From positions 1-61,233 of the forward strand of contig DATEQM010000016.1 of NCBI GenBank assembly GCA_035272605.1: 61,233 bases of DNA, in the 5' to 3' direction. Made by a program: the position numbers and the translations under genes. Positions 7,435-18,149 of the stretch are shown piece by piece (positions within the stretch are counted from its first letter, which is position 1; the number at the start of each line of letters is the position of its first letter). The notes below the pieces were generated by a model that was not told the origin of the DNA, did not search any database, and saw only the letters and a list, made by a program, of their open reading frames with translations. This DNA comes from Candidatus Acidiferrales bacterium (GTDB taxonomy: Bacteria > Acidobacteriota > Terriglobia > Acidiferrales > UBA7541).

Positions 7435-8913
7435 ATGGCGGGGATCGAACTCGCCTCGGGTGTGCCATTGCAAGCCTTGCGCGCTTCTGCCAGCCGCGAA
7501 AAGCGCGCGGGCCTCTCTGTCTGCGTGCTGGACGACGACAGCGCACTGGTATCCGCAGCCGTCGAGCTACTGGAACGTCTGGGATTCCCCGCGCGGGGAA
7601 CCACCGAGCCGGGAGAAGCGCTCGCGGCGGTCCGGGAAAGGCGCTGCCGCGCGGTGCTGAGCGACGTGCGCATGCCGGGGATGGACGGGCTGGAGTTTCT
7701 GGACCAGGCGCTGAAGCTCGATCCCACCCTCGAGGTTCTGCTGATGACCGGCTTCTATTCGATTGACGCAGCGATTGAAGCGATTCGCCGCGGGGCGCGC
7801 GATTACCTGACGAAGCCCTTGGAAGCCCCGCGGCTCGAGCGCACGCTGGACGAAATCGCGGAGCAACACGCGCGGCGGCGGCGATTGCAGGCGCTGGAAG
7901 AGACGTTGCTCGCCGAGCTGAGCCTCCACGGCATCGTGGGACAAAGCCCGCAGCTCGTGGAAATGATCGAGCTGATGCGTAAGGTCGCGCCGCACTTCAA
8001 AAACGTGCTGGTGATGGGAGCGACAGGCGCGGGAAAAGAGCTGGTGGCCCGGGCCCTGCACCAGATGAGCCCGGTGGCCGCCGAGCGCTTTGCCGTGTGC
8101 AACTGCTCGGCCCTGGTCGAGTCCCTCCTGGAAAGCCAGCTTTTCGGCCACGTCCGCGGCGCGTTTACCGGAGCGACGGAGATGCGCGCCGGACTGTTTG
8201 AATTCGCCGACGGCGGCACGGTGTTCCTCGACGAAGTGGGTGAGATGTCGCCCGCGCTGCAAGCCAAGGTTCTCCGCGTGATCGAGAACCGCGAAATCCA
8301 GCGGGTCGGCTCGCCGGAGCTGCGCCGTGTGGACGTGCGCCTGGTGGCGGCCACCAATCGCGACCTCCGCGCGGAGGTGATCGCCGGACGATTTCGCGAG
8401 GATCTCTACTACCGCCTGAGCACGATGGAAATTCGCGTGCCTTCGCTGGCGGAGCGCGCCGGAGACATTCCGCTGCTGGCCCAGCACTTTCTGAAGAAGT
8501 TCACGCAGGCCTACGGCCGGCCGCTGGGAGGCTTCACGCGGCGAGCCATGGCGCGCCTCGTGGGCCACTCTTGGCCCGGCAACGTGCGCGAACTCGAGAA
8601 CGTCATCTCGAGCGCGTGCATCACGGCGGCCTCGGACACAATCGACCTCGAAGACCTTCCGGAGAGCCTGCGGCGGCCGGCGGCCGACGCCCGGGCGGAG
8701 ACGGGCTGGCGTCCGCTGACGCTGGAGGAGGTGCGGCGGGAACACATCGAACGTGTCCTGGAGACCTGCCAGGGCAACCGGCTGCGGGCGGCGCAGATGC
8801 TCGGAATCGGACGGACGAGTCTCTACCGGTTCTTGAAGCGCAGCGCGCGCGCGGGACGGCAAAAGAGCGCGGGCGGCGCTTCCGCGGCCACGCTCAAGGG
8901 AAAATCGAGCTGA
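7435..8913 (+). CDS. Sigma54-dependent Fis-family response regulator (NtrC-like: REC-AAA+-HTH)
   Basis: REC (VLDDDSAL...LSDVRMPGMDG), Walker A GATGAGKE, ESQLFGH, the GAFTGA loop, and a C-terminal Fis-type HTH (NRLRAAQMLGIGRTSLYRFLK). ATG at 7435 follows ggtggagagagg. Confidence 0.9.
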   Translation: MAGIELASGVPLQALRASASREKRAGLSVCVLDDDSALVSAAVELLERLGFPARGTTEPGEALAAVRERRCRAVLSDVRMPGMDGLEFLDQALKLDPTLEVLLMTGFYSIDAAIEAIRRGARDYLTKPLEAPRLERTLDEIAEQHARRRRLQALEETLLAELSLHGIVGQSPQLVEMIELMRKVAPHFKNVLVMGATGAGKELVARALHQMSPVAAERFAVCNCSALVESLLESQLFGHVRGAFTGATEMRAGLFEFADGGTVFLDEVGEMSPALQAKVLRVIENREIQRVGSPELRRVDVRLVAATNRDLRAEVIAGRFREDLYYRLSTMEIRVPSLAERAGDIPLLAQHFLKKFTQAYGRPLGGFTRRAMARLVGHSWPGNVRELENVISSACITAASDTIDLEDLPESLRRPAADARAETGWRPLTLEEVRREHIERVLETCQGNRLRAAQMLGIGRTSLYRFLKRSARAGRQKSAGGASAATLKGKSS

Positions 8914-8951
8914 GGAGCGCCGCTGCTGCTCCGAGGCGCAAGAGGGACGCC

Positions 8952-9356
8952 ATGACCACGCAATCCACGGGCAACGCGACGTCCTCCACGCAGTGGGAGG
9001 AACTCACCGCCGAGACCCAGCGAGACCGCCGGCGGGAGCCGCGCCTCAAGCTTCCCTTCCCGGTCGAGGTGTACGGTTTTGATCGTCAGGGACACTACTT
9101 TACGGAGCGCACGGTGACGCTGAACGTCAGCTCGGGAGGATGCATGCTCGAGCTGAAGCATCACCCGGACGACGAAGGCGTGCTGGCCATCCGCCGGGTG
9201 ACGCGCGACGGCGCTCGCTCCGCCGAACACAAGCCCGTGCTCTTCCTAGTCTGCTGGAGCCATAAGATGCCGCGCCGCTGCCTGGTGGGAGTGAGCAAGC
9301 TACAGTCCGGCGAAATGTGGGGACTCACCATGCCGCAGGAACATACCGGAAATTGA
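8952..9356 (+). CDS. PilZ domain protein (putative c-di-GMP receptor)
   Basis: RRREPR (RxxxR) followed ~25 aa later by NVSSGG (D/NxSxxG). ATG at 8952 lies within the frame of ORF 8571..9356. Confidence 0.75.
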   Translation: MTTQSTGNATSSTQWEELTAETQRDRRREPRLKLPFPVEVYGFDRQGHYFTERTVTLNVSSGGCMLELKHHPDDEGVLAIRRVTRDGARSAEHKPVLFLVCWSHKMPRRCLVGVSKLQSGEMWGLTMPQEHTGN

Positions 9357-9523
9357 TCCGGCCAGCCGGTCTCGCCTTTCTCGGAAAGCAATCGAACCAG
9401 CGCACGGCAATGCTGTGCCCCTGCGAATCGATGCCAGTGCAGCGTTTGCGCCCCAGTGGACGTCGGGCGGCGTCAGAGCCGGGGCTTCCACGATTCCGGA
9501 GCGAACGCGAGCCGTGTCCGCCG

Positions 9524-10210
9524 CTACGGCTGCGCCTGGGGAGATGCCAGGGCGGCTGCGAGTGGGGGCACTTCCAGAGTATTGTCCATGCGAACGAGCA
9601 GGCCGGTTTGCGCGGGAAGCTCGAGATCCTTCCCCTTCTTGATGATCACATAGGCCGCGCTGCCCGCGGTGCCGATCCAAAAGCCGCGCCAGACGTTGCT
9701 GAAGATCGAGCCGACCACGCTGCCGCCGCCCATGCCCAGCGCGACGTCCGTGGCCACGCTTTTCACGTCGCGACGCTGGTGGACCACGGTGCCTTCCTCG
9801 ATTTTCAAGTCTTTGCGGCTGTCGCCGTTGCCGCGGCCCGTGCCTGCGGTCAGGCCAAGCAGGCTCATCTGCACCGGATACTCGCGCCGGTCAATTTCAA
9901 TGCTGTGGAAAGTGATGTTCATGGACGACTGGCCGCGGAAGATCCCGAAACGCCGCGGCCGAACGATGCTGCCGATGGTGCCGTTGACTTTCGCCCCTGC
10001 GGGCAGCACCACCTGATTGCCGAGCAGAACCGGTTCGGCAACCACGGCGGTGAACGGATCGCCCTCGCGAGCCACGCTGGTGGACAAGCCGTTCTGGAGA
10101 GTCAGGCGAATTTGGGTGCCCTGGAGAAGCTGGTGGTTCTGAGCAAAGGCGGGTGCGGCCACGGCGAGCAGCAGTGCGAGTGCAGCGCCGAGGCACAGAC
10201 GTGCTTTCAT
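9524..10210 (-). CDS. Hypothetical secreted protein
   Basis: Signal peptide MKARLCLGAALALLLAVAAPAFA-QN from the ATG at 10210. The rest is Gly-rich and looks beta-rich; no family recognised. Confidence 0.6.
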   Translation of the reverse strand: MKARLCLGAALALLLAVAAPAFAQNHQLLQGTQIRLTLQNGLSTSVAREGDPFTAVVAEPVLLGNQVVLPAGAKVNGTIGSIVRPRRFGIFRGQSSMNITFHSIEIDRREYPVQMSLLGLTAGTGRGNGDSRKDLKIEEGTVVHQRRDVKSVATDVALGMGGGSVVGSIFSNVWRGFWIGTAGSAAYVIIKKGKDLELPAQTGLLVRMDNTLEVPPLAAALASPQAQP

Positions 10211-10532
10211 GCGTTCCTCCTGCCCCGTGACGTGGGGCCAACGCTGGCGCTGCGGTAGAGTTGCGGAGGAAACCGACATCTACAGTACCGGGATGGGCGG
10301 CCGAGGGGGGGAGAAAAGTGGAGGCGAAGTTTCCAACTGGACACGGGATGCCGGGGGAACTCGGCGCTACGAGTTCCCGTACTCGCCCTTCGCCGAGCGC
10401 CGGGCACGCGGGAGAGCACCTTACCGGCGCGGCTGCCTGAAATTACCGTGGTACACTCGGCACAGTTGCCGCTCGCGGGAGTTCCGAATCCCGAACCGTC
10501 GGGAAGGGGACCGGACCGGCGAGCCCGATCGT

Positions 10533-10637
<105 letters not shown>

Positions 10638-10735
10638 CGAACGGCGGGGAGTAGGACGAAAGGCCGACGGGTCCTGACAGAAAACGTCGGGATGCAAAAT
10701 TGGCAATGCCGGCGCGACCGAGTGGGAATCGTGGA

Positions 10736-12505
10736 ATGAGCTATCAGGTGATTGCACGGAAGTGGCGGCCGCAGCGGTTCGAAGATATCGCGGGCCAGCA
10801 GCACGTCACCCGCACGCTGGCCAACGCCATCCGGGCCGGGCGCATCCCTCCCGCGTACATTTTTTCCGGGCAGCGCGGCGTGGGAAAGACGACCACGGCG
10901 CGCATCCTGGCGAAGGCGCTGAACTGCGAGAAGGGGCCGACGCCGGAGCCGTGCAATGAGTGCCGCTTTTGCCGCGACATCACCGGCGGCAGCTCGCTCG
11001 ACGTCATGGAAATCGACGCGGCCAGTAATCGCGGCATCGACCAGATCCGCGAGTTGCGCGAGATGGTCCGCTACGCCTCCGCCGGCGGGCGCTTCCGCGT
11101 GGTCATTCTGGACGAAGCTCACCAGCTCACCGACGAAGCCTCGAACGCCCTGCTGAAAACGCTGGAAGAGCCGCCCGAGCGCGTGCTCTTTATCCTCGCC
11201 ACCACCCAGCCGGAAGACCTGCCGGACACGATTCGTTCGCGGTCGCAGCATTTCCATTTCCGGTCGCTTTCCTTCCAGGAGATCGTCGCGGCTCTCGAGG
11301 GGATTGCGGGCAAGGAAGGGCTAGAGATGGATGCCGGCGCGGTGGCGGTGATCGCGCGGGCGGCGGAAGGCAGCGTGCGCGACGCGCTGTCGCTCACCGA
11401 GCAGGCCATGGCGTATTGCGGCAACAGGATCACCGGTGAACAGGTGCGCGAGCTGCTCGGCGTGGTGCCGGAGGAAGTGCTGGACGAAATCGTGGGGGCA
11501 ATTGCGGCGCAGTCGGCCGAACGCGCGCTGACCCTGGCACACCATCTGGTGGCGGAAGGGCGCCACCTGCAACATTTCGTGCGCGAAGCCATCCGCCACG
11601 TCCGCAATCTGCTGGTGGCGCGCGTGGCCGGCGCGGATTCGGAACTGGTGGCCGCGCCGAAGGACGAACGCGAACGCATCCGCGAGCAGGCCGCACAATT
11701 CAGCGAAGAGGACCTGACGCGCTTCTTCTCCATCCTGTTGGAAACCGAGTACGACCTGCGGCGGAAGCCCGATCCCGCGCTGCACCTGGAACTCGGCCTG
11801 CTGCGCATGGTGAATGCCCTGCGGCTGGCCCCGCTCGAGGAGGCGCTCTCGGCCGGGGCGGCTGCAGGCTCTCCGATCACGGCGCCGGCCCGCGCCTCTG
11901 CCGCATCTCCCGGCGCGCCCGGCGCGGCGATGGGCGCCTCATCTTCCGCGCCGCCCGCCGCCCCGGGAAAATCTCCGCAGCCGGCGAAAGAACGCGCCGC
12001 GCGGCTGGACGCCGGAGCCTCGCCGACGGTGCGCACGGTGAGCGCGCCACCGGGCCCCGTGCCGGCCACCAGCCTGGGCGCGGTGGCGCGCGCCGCGGGG
12101 AGCTATCAGGGCATCGAGGCGATGCAGGTGGAATCCATTCTGACCGCGGTGCGCGGACAAACCAAAATGCTCGCAACGCTCGTGGAACAGGTGACGCGCT
12201 GGGAACTCGATGGCGGCGAGATGCGCGTCTATTTTCCGCGCGACCGCAGCGCCCTCGCCGAGTTGCTGGAAACCACGCGCGACGCCATGGAACGTTTGCG
12301 CGCCATCGCCAGCCAGGTGCTGGGCCAGCCCCTGCGCGTCTGTGTTAAACTGGACGCGGCTGCACCGGGAAGCGCGACCCTCCCGGCGCGGCGCTCGCCC
12401 TCGCCCGACCTGCGCGCGAAGTTCGAGCGCGATCCGGTGGTGCGGGCCATGCTCGAGCGCTTCGGTGGTGAAATCCGCGACGTGCGGCGCCGCGACGAGG
12501 ACTGA
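10736..12505 (+). CDS. dnaX: DNA polymerase III subunits gamma/tau
   Basis: MSYQVIARKWRPQRFEDIAGQ, Walker A GQRGVGKTT, zinc module CNECRFC, DEAH box, and a Pro/Ala-rich tau linker. Confidence 0.93.
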   Translation: MSYQVIARKWRPQRFEDIAGQQHVTRTLANAIRAGRIPPAYIFSGQRGVGKTTTARILAKALNCEKGPTPEPCNECRFCRDITGGSSLDVMEIDAASNRGIDQIRELREMVRYASAGGRFRVVILDEAHQLTDEASNALLKTLEEPPERVLFILATTQPEDLPDTIRSRSQHFHFRSLSFQEIVAALEGIAGKEGLEMDAGAVAVIARAAEGSVRDALSLTEQAMAYCGNRITGEQVRELLGVVPEEVLDEIVGAIAAQSAERALTLAHHLVAEGRHLQHFVREAIRHVRNLLVARVAGADSELVAAPKDERERIREQAAQFSEEDLTRFFSILLETEYDLRRKPDPALHLELGLLRMVNALRLAPLEEALSAGAAAGSPITAPARASAASPGAPGAAMGASSSAPPAAPGKSPQPAKERAARLDAGASPTVRTVSAPPGPVPATSLGAVARAAGSYQGIEAMQVESILTAVRGQTKMLATLVEQVTRWELDGGEMRVYFPRDRSALAELLETTRDAMERLRAIASQVLGQPLRVCVKLDAAAPGSATLPARRSPSPDLRAKFERDPVVRAMLERFGGEIRDVRRRDED

Positions 12506-12507
12506 CC

Positions 12508-12834
12508 ATGGAAGTCAAGGCTCTCCAGCAGATGCTCTCCCAGTTTGGACAGCTCCAGGAACGCCTGGAGCGCGAGATCCGCGACCTGCGCGTGGAAGCC
12601 AGCGCGGGAGCCGGCATGGTCACCGTGAAAATGGACGGGCAGAAACGCGTAATGGAAGTGCGCATCGATCCGGATATCTTCGTGGGGAAGGACGCCGAGA
12701 TGCTCTCCGAGCTGATCCTCGCCGCGGTGAACGACGCGAGCCGCCGCGTGGACGACGAGCTGCAGAACCAGTTGAAAGGGCTGGTCGGCGGGCTGCCGAA
12801 TCTGGCGGGGATGAAGATTCCGGGGCTGTTCTAG
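12508..12834 (+). CDS. ybaB: YbaB/EbfC family nucleoid-associated protein
   Basis: 108 aa, GAGMVTVKMDGQKRVMEVRIDP motif, canonical dnaX-ybaB-recR synteny. Confidence 0.9.
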   Translation: MEVKALQQMLSQFGQLQERLEREIRDLRVEASAGAGMVTVKMDGQKRVMEVRIDPDIFVGKDAEMLSELILAAVNDASRRVDDELQNQLKGLVGGLPNLAGMKIPGLF

Positions 12835-12902
12835 CCGCCCGCCCCATGCAAACCTGAAGACCGCAGCAACGCGCCGCAGCGATCGCCGCGAGCCAATATT
12901 CC

Positions 12903-13502
12903 ATGCCTGATTTTGCCGAACCGATTGCCAATCTGGTGGAGCAGCTGAAGCGCCTGCCCGGCATCGGGCAGAAGACGGCGCAGCGGCTGGCCTTCCATCT
13001 GTTGCGCGCGGACCGCGAAGAGTCGGAATCGCTGGCCGCGGCGATCCTGGCGGCAAAGAACAACCTGCGCGAATGTTCCGTGTGCAACAACGTCACGGAC
13101 ACCGATCCCTGCCTCTACTGCCGGAACCCCGCGCGCATCCAGAAAACGATCTGCGTGATTGAGGAGCCGCACAGCATCGTGCCGGTGGAAAAGACGCGGG
13201 CCTATAACGGCCTGTACCACGTGCTGGGCGGCACGCTCTCGCCGTTGAATGGGGTGGGGCCGGACCAGTTGAACATCAAGAGCCTGCTGGAGCGGCTGAA
13301 GAAGGGCACGGTGGAAGAAATCATCATCGCCACGAATCCCACCACGGAAGGCGAAGCCACCGCCGTCTATCTTTCGAAGCTGATCAAACCGCTCGGCGTG
13401 CGCGTCACCCGCATTGGCATGGGCATTCCCGTGGGTAGCGACCTGGAATATGCCGACGAGGTGACCATGTCCAAGGCCATGGAAGGCCGCCGGGAGCTGT
13501 AG
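12903..13502 (+). CDS. recR: Recombination protein RecR
   Basis: [17 protein letters not shown] helix-hairpin-helix, [16 protein letters not shown] zinc finger, Toprim segment. Confidence 0.95.
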   Translation: MPDFAEPIANLVEQLKRLPGIGQKTAQRLAFHLLRADREESESLAAAILAAKNNLRECSVCNNVTDTDPCLYCRNPARIQKTICVIEEPHSIVPVEKTRAYNGLYHVLGGTLSPLNGVGPDQLNIKSLLERLKKGTVEEIIIATNPTTEGEATAVYLSKLIKPLGVRVTRIGMGIPVGSDLEYADEVTMSKAMEGRREL

Positions 13503-13530
13503 CGATCCCGGCGCGCGTGCGGGGCGGGCG

Positions 13531-14964
13531 TTACTGCTCCCAGCCCCCGCCCAGAGCTTGATAGAGTTGCACGAGAGCTTGCAACTCATTGAAGCGCGCC
13601 TGGACCAGCGTCAGCTCGTCAGAAAAGTAGTTCGTTTCGCTGGTGAGCACTTCCAGGTAATCCACAACTCCCGCCTTGAATCGCATCTCGGACAAACGTG
13701 CGGCGTCCTGAGCCGAGGCCGTCAGATGTTCCTGCTCGATGCGGAATTCCCTGTTCTTGCGATAGGCGACGAGCCCGTTGGAAACGTCGCGGAACGCGCC
13801 TTGGATGGTCTGCCGGTATGTCAACAGCGCCTGCTGTTGCTGGGCTTCCGCCAGGCGTACGTTGTTCTTGAGCCGCCCGCCCTGGAAAATCGGCTGCGTG
13901 AGAGCCCCGCTCAGGATCCACACTCCCTGCGGACCGCTGAACAGATTGCTCAGCGCCGAACTCTGAAATCCAGCCGACCCAGTGAGGGTAATCTGTGGAA
14001 AGTAAGCCGCTCTGGCCACACCGATCTGCGCATTGGCCGCCACCAGTGTCTGCTCGGCTTGACGAATATCGGGGCGGCGTTCCAGCAAGGAGGAAGGCAG
14101 ACCGGCGGGAACCTCCGGCGCATGGGGCTGCTCCGTGAGCTTCAGGCCTCGCGGGACGGAACCTGGGTTATTGCCCAGCAGCAAGTTGATGGCGTTTTCC
14201 TGCTGGGCAATTTGCCGTTCCAGGTCGGGTATCTGCGACGCCGCCGTGTAGACGAGCTCTTCCGCCTGGCGCTGGTCCAGCATCGTGTCGATTCCGTGTT
14301 CGGTCAACTGCGTGGTGAGCGCCAACGATTCCTTCCGGGAGGCCAGCGTGTCCTTGGAGATCTCGAGAGCTAGATCGAGTTCGCGCAGTTGGAAATAGCT
14401 GCTGGCCACGTTGGCGACCAGCGTGGAAACCACCTGCCGGCGAGCCCAGTCGCTTGCGATGAGGTTGGCCCGCGCTGCCTCCGTGGCCCTCCGGTACTTG
14501 CCCCAGAAATCGAGATTCCACAAAGCGGTGGCGGTCATCTCCCCGGTGGTGAACTCATACGCCGGTATCGGGCCGATGGTTGGATTGCGAACGCTGGTAA
14601 TGTTGGCGCCGCCGGTCAGGGAAGGAATTTGGTCGGCGCGCGTGATCCCAAGCTGGGCCTGAGCCTGAAGAACGCGCGAGGCGGCGATTTGCACGTCATA
14701 GTTGTTGCTGAGAGCCGTGCGAATCAGGCCTTGCAGTTCCTTGTCCTGAAACACGTTCCACCATTTCTCGTCCGCGAGCGAGGCGGGACCGGCTGCCGGG
14801 GCTTCCTCCGGTGTTGATCCGCGGTACGCGGTGGGCACGTCCACCTTGGGCCGGTTGTAATTCGGTCCCACGGTGCAAGCGGCCATGAAAAGCACGAAAG
14901 CGCAGAGTGCTACAGTCCAGGAGCAAGCAAAGCAATTGCGCGGTGCACGAGGCGCCATCGGCAT
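13531..14964 (-). CDS. Efflux outer-membrane factor lipoprotein (NodT/TolC family)
   Basis: Lipobox FMAAC, then TVGPNYNRPKVDVPTAYRG typical of NodT-family OMFs. The start ATG overlaps the RND stop (TGATG on the minus strand). The N-terminal 260 aa of ORF 13531..15744 overlap the RND gene and were discarded. Confidence 0.9.
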   Translation of the reverse strand: MPMAPRAPRNCFACSWTVALCAFVLFMAACTVGPNYNRPKVDVPTAYRGSTPEEAPAAGPASLADEKWWNVFQDKELQGLIRTALSNNYDVQIAASRVLQAQAQLGITRADQIPSLTGGANITSVRNPTIGPIPAYEFTTGEMTATALWNLDFWGKYRRATEAARANLIASDWARRQVVSTLVANVASSYFQLRELDLALEISKDTLASRKESLALTTQLTEHGIDTMLDQRQAEELVYTAASQIPDLERQIAQQENAINLLLGNNPGSVPRGLKLTEQPHAPEVPAGLPSSLLERRPDIRQAEQTLVAANAQIGVARAAYFPQITLTGSAGFQSSALSNLFSGPQGVWILSGALTQPIFQGGRLKNNVRLAEAQQQQALLTYRQTIQGAFRDVSNGLVAYRKNREFRIEQEHLTASAQDAARLSEMRFKAGVVDYLEVLTSETNYFSDELTLVQARFNELQALVQLYQALGGGWEQ

Positions 14965-17900
14965 CAGTCTCCCAATCCCGGTTCCGGCGCCGCGGAACCA
15001 CGCGCACGGTGAATCTTCGAATGGCGCGCCCGGAAAAATGACACACGGTCCAGCACCTTTTCCTGGAACTCTTCCAGGTACAGATAAATGGCCGGGGTAA
15101 TGTATAGGGTAATTAATTGCGAGACCATTAATCCACCCACGACCACCAGCCCCAAGGGGCGCCGTGAAGCCCCATCCGCTCCGAAGCCGATGGCGATGGG
15201 CAGCGCGCCCATCAAGGCGGCGAATGTGGTCATCATGATGGGCCGGAACCGCTCCATGCTGGCCTCGTGAATGGCCTGATCGTCCGGTATTCCCCGCACC
15301 ACGATTTGCTGCGCGAAATCCACGATCAGGATTCCGTTTTTCTTCACGATTCCCATCAGCATGAACATGCCGATGAACGCATACAGGGAAGCTTCCGCGC
15401 CGAAGACCCATAAGGTGAGTAATCCTCCGACCAACGCCACCGGCAGGGAGGAAAGCACGGTGATGGGGTGCAGGTAGCTCTCGTAGAGAATCGCCAGGAC
15501 CACGTACATGACGAATACGGCGAGAAACATCAGAAGAGTCAGGCTGGCTACCGTGTTGCTGAAAGTAAGCGCCTCGCCCTGCAGCCCGCCTCGGATTCCC
15601 GGTGGAAGGGTTTGTTTGGCGGAGTTTTCCACAAACTCCACGGCCTGGCCGATGGTGTATCCGGGGTTCAAATTGAAGAAAAAAGTGACGCTGGTGAACT
15701 GATTGATGTGGTTCACCGACTGCGGACCCAGGATGGAATGCCACGTGGCCAGAGCGCTGAGCGGCACCATGCGCGAGCCGTCGTCGCTCTTGATGTAAAG
15801 CAGGTGAAGGTCCTGTGGCTCGGAGCGCTGATCGTCGGCGACCTCGAGAATTACCTGATACTGGTCGGTGGGCTTCTTGATCAAGTAAATGTAGTTCTGC
15901 GAATAGGCCTCGTGTAAAAGGTTGAGTATGCGCGTTTCGGAGACGCCGTAGAGTTTTGCCTGGTCCCGCAGGATGTTCACCCGCAGGTTTGGGGTGTGAT
16001 TGAACAGGTCGGAGTTCACGAACAGAAATCCCGGGTATTCGTGCATCTTCTGGAGAAGCTTGCCGGCGGTCGCGTACACTTCGCTCGGATTAATGCCGGA
16101 AATCGCGTAGGCAAACTGTCCCTGCAAATTCGCCGTCGCGCCGGTGCTGATCTGGAGCACAGGCTGCGGTTTCAAGAAGGTGAGCAGTCCGGGGACGCTG
16201 GAGTTGAGCTGACCCATCAACTGGCCGGCCACCGCCTGGATGGGCGGACGCTGGTCCGGGTCCTTCAAGAAAGCGAGGATCAGACCCTGGTTCGAAGGAA
16301 AAAACGAGTTGTTGCCGCTCATCGTGAAGGTGACGTCCACAGCGGGATTCGCGTGCAGAACCTTCTCGACTTCCTCCTGATGCTTGTGCATCACGTCCGG
16401 CGAGGAACCCTCCTGTGCGATAAAGACTCCCAGCACAAAGGAGCTGTCGCCAATGGGCAGGAAGGCCTTCGGGACGATGTAGAAGAGGTACCCGGTCCCG
16501 GCAAGGCAGATCACCCAGATGGCCAGGGAAATCCACCGATGACGAAGAAAGAACCACAGGGAGCGCCCGTAAGACGCCAACACCCGCTTCTCCATTCCGC
16601 CGAAGACGCGCTCCATCCAGGTCTTCTTGACCTGTGCCCCGCGCTTCCCCAGCAGGCCGGAACACATCAACGGCGTCAGGGTGAGTGAAACAAGGCCGCT
16701 GGCAAAAATCGATATGATGATGGTGACGGAAAACTCACGAAAAACGCGGCCCACCAGCCCGCTCATGAAAACAAGCGGGAGAAATACGGCGGCGAGGGAG
16801 ATGGTCATGGCGAGAATGGTGAAGCTGATTTCCTGGGCTGAGTTGAGCGAGGCCTCCAGCGCCCCCTGCCCCTGCTCCATGAGCCGCACCGTGTTTTCCA
16901 AAAAGACGATCGCGTCGTCCACCAAAAACCCGATGGCCAGCACCAGAGCCATCAAGGACAAATTATCCAGGCTGTAGCCCAGAATATTCATGACCACGAA
17001 GGTCAACAGCAGCGAGAGCGGCAAAGCGACGGCCGGGATCAACGTGTCGCGGGCGCGCCCCAGAAAAGCGAAGATAACCAGCACCACCAGCACGAACGCG
17101 ATGTAGAGCGTCTCCTGCACATCCTTGACGCTGTTGACGATCGTCTGGGAGCGGTCGTAGATGGGAACGATGTCCACCGAAGTGGGAAGCTGGGCCCGGA
17201 CCGTGGGAAGCAAATCGCGGATGGACTTGGCAACTTCGACGGCATTGGAGCCAGCCCGCCGAAACACGGCGACCACCACCGTTGCCGTAGGTACATGGTG
17301 GCCGCGGAACCAAAAGCGCATGCGGATGCGCTCGTCCTGGAGCCCGTTTTTGGCGGTGGCGATGTCTTTCAAGTAGACCGGCGCGCCGTTTCCCTGGCGC
17401 ACGATCAGGTTGTCGTACTGGCTGGCATCGCTGAGCTGGCCTTCGGGCTGAAGAAGAAACGTGTGGTGTTCCCCGTCAAACTGGCCCGCGCCCGTGTAAC
17501 TCGTCCCGTTTTTCACTGCCGACGCCAGGTCGTCGATGGTCAAGTTGCGAGCGGCCATCGCGGAAGGGTCCGCCTCAATGCGCACGGCAGACTGAGCGCC
17601 GTACAGGGCGACCTGGCTCACCCCGGGGAGAATGCTGATGCGCTCGCCGACTTGCGTGTTCGCGTAGTCATAGAGCTGCCCCTGCGTCACGCTGTCGCTG
17701 GTCAGTCCGATATACATGATCGGCTGATCGTTGGGATTGGTCTTGGTAAACGTCGGGGGGCTCGGCAGGTCCACTGGCAACTGCGCCGTCGCACGAGAGA
17801 TCGCCGCCTGCACATCGGTCGCCGCCGCGTCGATGCTCTTGGATAGATCGAACTGCAGCACGAAGCTGCTGTGTCCCTGGCCGTTATTGGAGGTGACCAG

Positions 17901-18134
17901 TTGCAGCCCCGGGATCTGCATGAACTGGCGTTCCAGGGGCGTGGCCACATTGTTTGCCATGGTCTCCGGCGTGGCGCCGGGATAGCCGACGTTCACTTGG
18001 ATTACCGGGTAGTCCACCGCCGGCAGGTCATTGACCGGCAGGTCGAAGTACGCCAGCACGCCGAACAGAATGACGGAGACAGTCAGCACCGCCGTCATCA
18101 CCGGCCGTCGAATGAATGGCTCTGAGAGGCTCAC
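14964..18134 (-). CDS. RND efflux permease (AcrB/HAE1-like)
   Basis: 1056 aa, N-terminus MSLSEPFIRRPVMTAVLTVSVILFG, 12-TM architecture with two large periplasmic loops. Confidence 0.93.
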   Translation of the reverse strand: MSLSEPFIRRPVMTAVLTVSVILFGVLAYFDLPVNDLPAVDYPVIQVNVGYPGATPETMANNVATPLERQFMQIPGLQLVTSNNGQGHSSFVLQFDLSKSIDAAATDVQAAISRATAQLPVDLPSPPTFTKTNPNDQPIMYIGLTSDSVTQGQLYDYANTQVGERISILPGVSQVALYGAQSAVRIEADPSAMAARNLTIDDLASAVKNGTSYTGAGQFDGEHHTFLLQPEGQLSDASQYDNLIVRQGNGAPVYLKDIATAKNGLQDERIRMRFWFRGHHVPTATVVVAVFRRAGSNAVEVAKSIRDLLPTVRAQLPTSVDIVPIYDRSQTIVNSVKDVQETLYIAFVLVVLVIFAFLGRARDTLIPAVALPLSLLLTFVVMNILGYSLDNLSLMALVLAIGFLVDDAIVFLENTVRLMEQGQGALEASLNSAQEISFTILAMTISLAAVFLPLVFMSGLVGRVFREFSVTIIISIFASGLVSLTLTPLMCSGLLGKRGAQVKKTWMERVFGGMEKRVLASYGRSLWFFLRHRWISLAIWVICLAGTGYLFYIVPKAFLPIGDSSFVLGVFIAQEGSSPDVMHKHQEEVEKVLHANPAVDVTFTMSGNNSFFPSNQGLILAFLKDPDQRPPIQAVAGQLMGQLNSSVPGLLTFLKPQPVLQISTGATANLQGQFAYAISGINPSEVYATAGKLLQKMHEYPGFLFVNSDLFNHTPNLRVNILRDQAKLYGVSETRILNLLHEAYSQNYIYLIKKPTDQYQVILEVADDQRSEPQDLHLLYIKSDDGSRMVPLSALATWHSILGPQSVNHINQFTSVTFFFNLNPGYTIGQAVEFVENSAKQTLPPGIRGGLQGEALTFSNTVASLTLLMFLAVFVMYVVLAILYESYLHPITVLSSLPVALVGGLLTLWVFGAEASLYAFIGMFMLMGIVKKNGILIVDFAQQIVVRGIPDDQAIHEASMERFRPIMMTTFAALMGALPIAIGFGADGASRRPLGLVVVGGLMVSQLITLYITPAIYLYLEEFQEKVLDRVSFFRARHSKIHRARGSAAPEPGLGD

Positions 18135-18149
18135 GTGCCCTCGTTTTCC

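Noticed and set aside
13531-15744. A 737-aa version of the outer-membrane factor gene
   Set aside because: The N-terminal 260 residues overlap the RND permease gene in another frame. The lipoprotein signal (…FMAAC) begins right after the Met at 14964, which overlaps the RND stop (TGATG).
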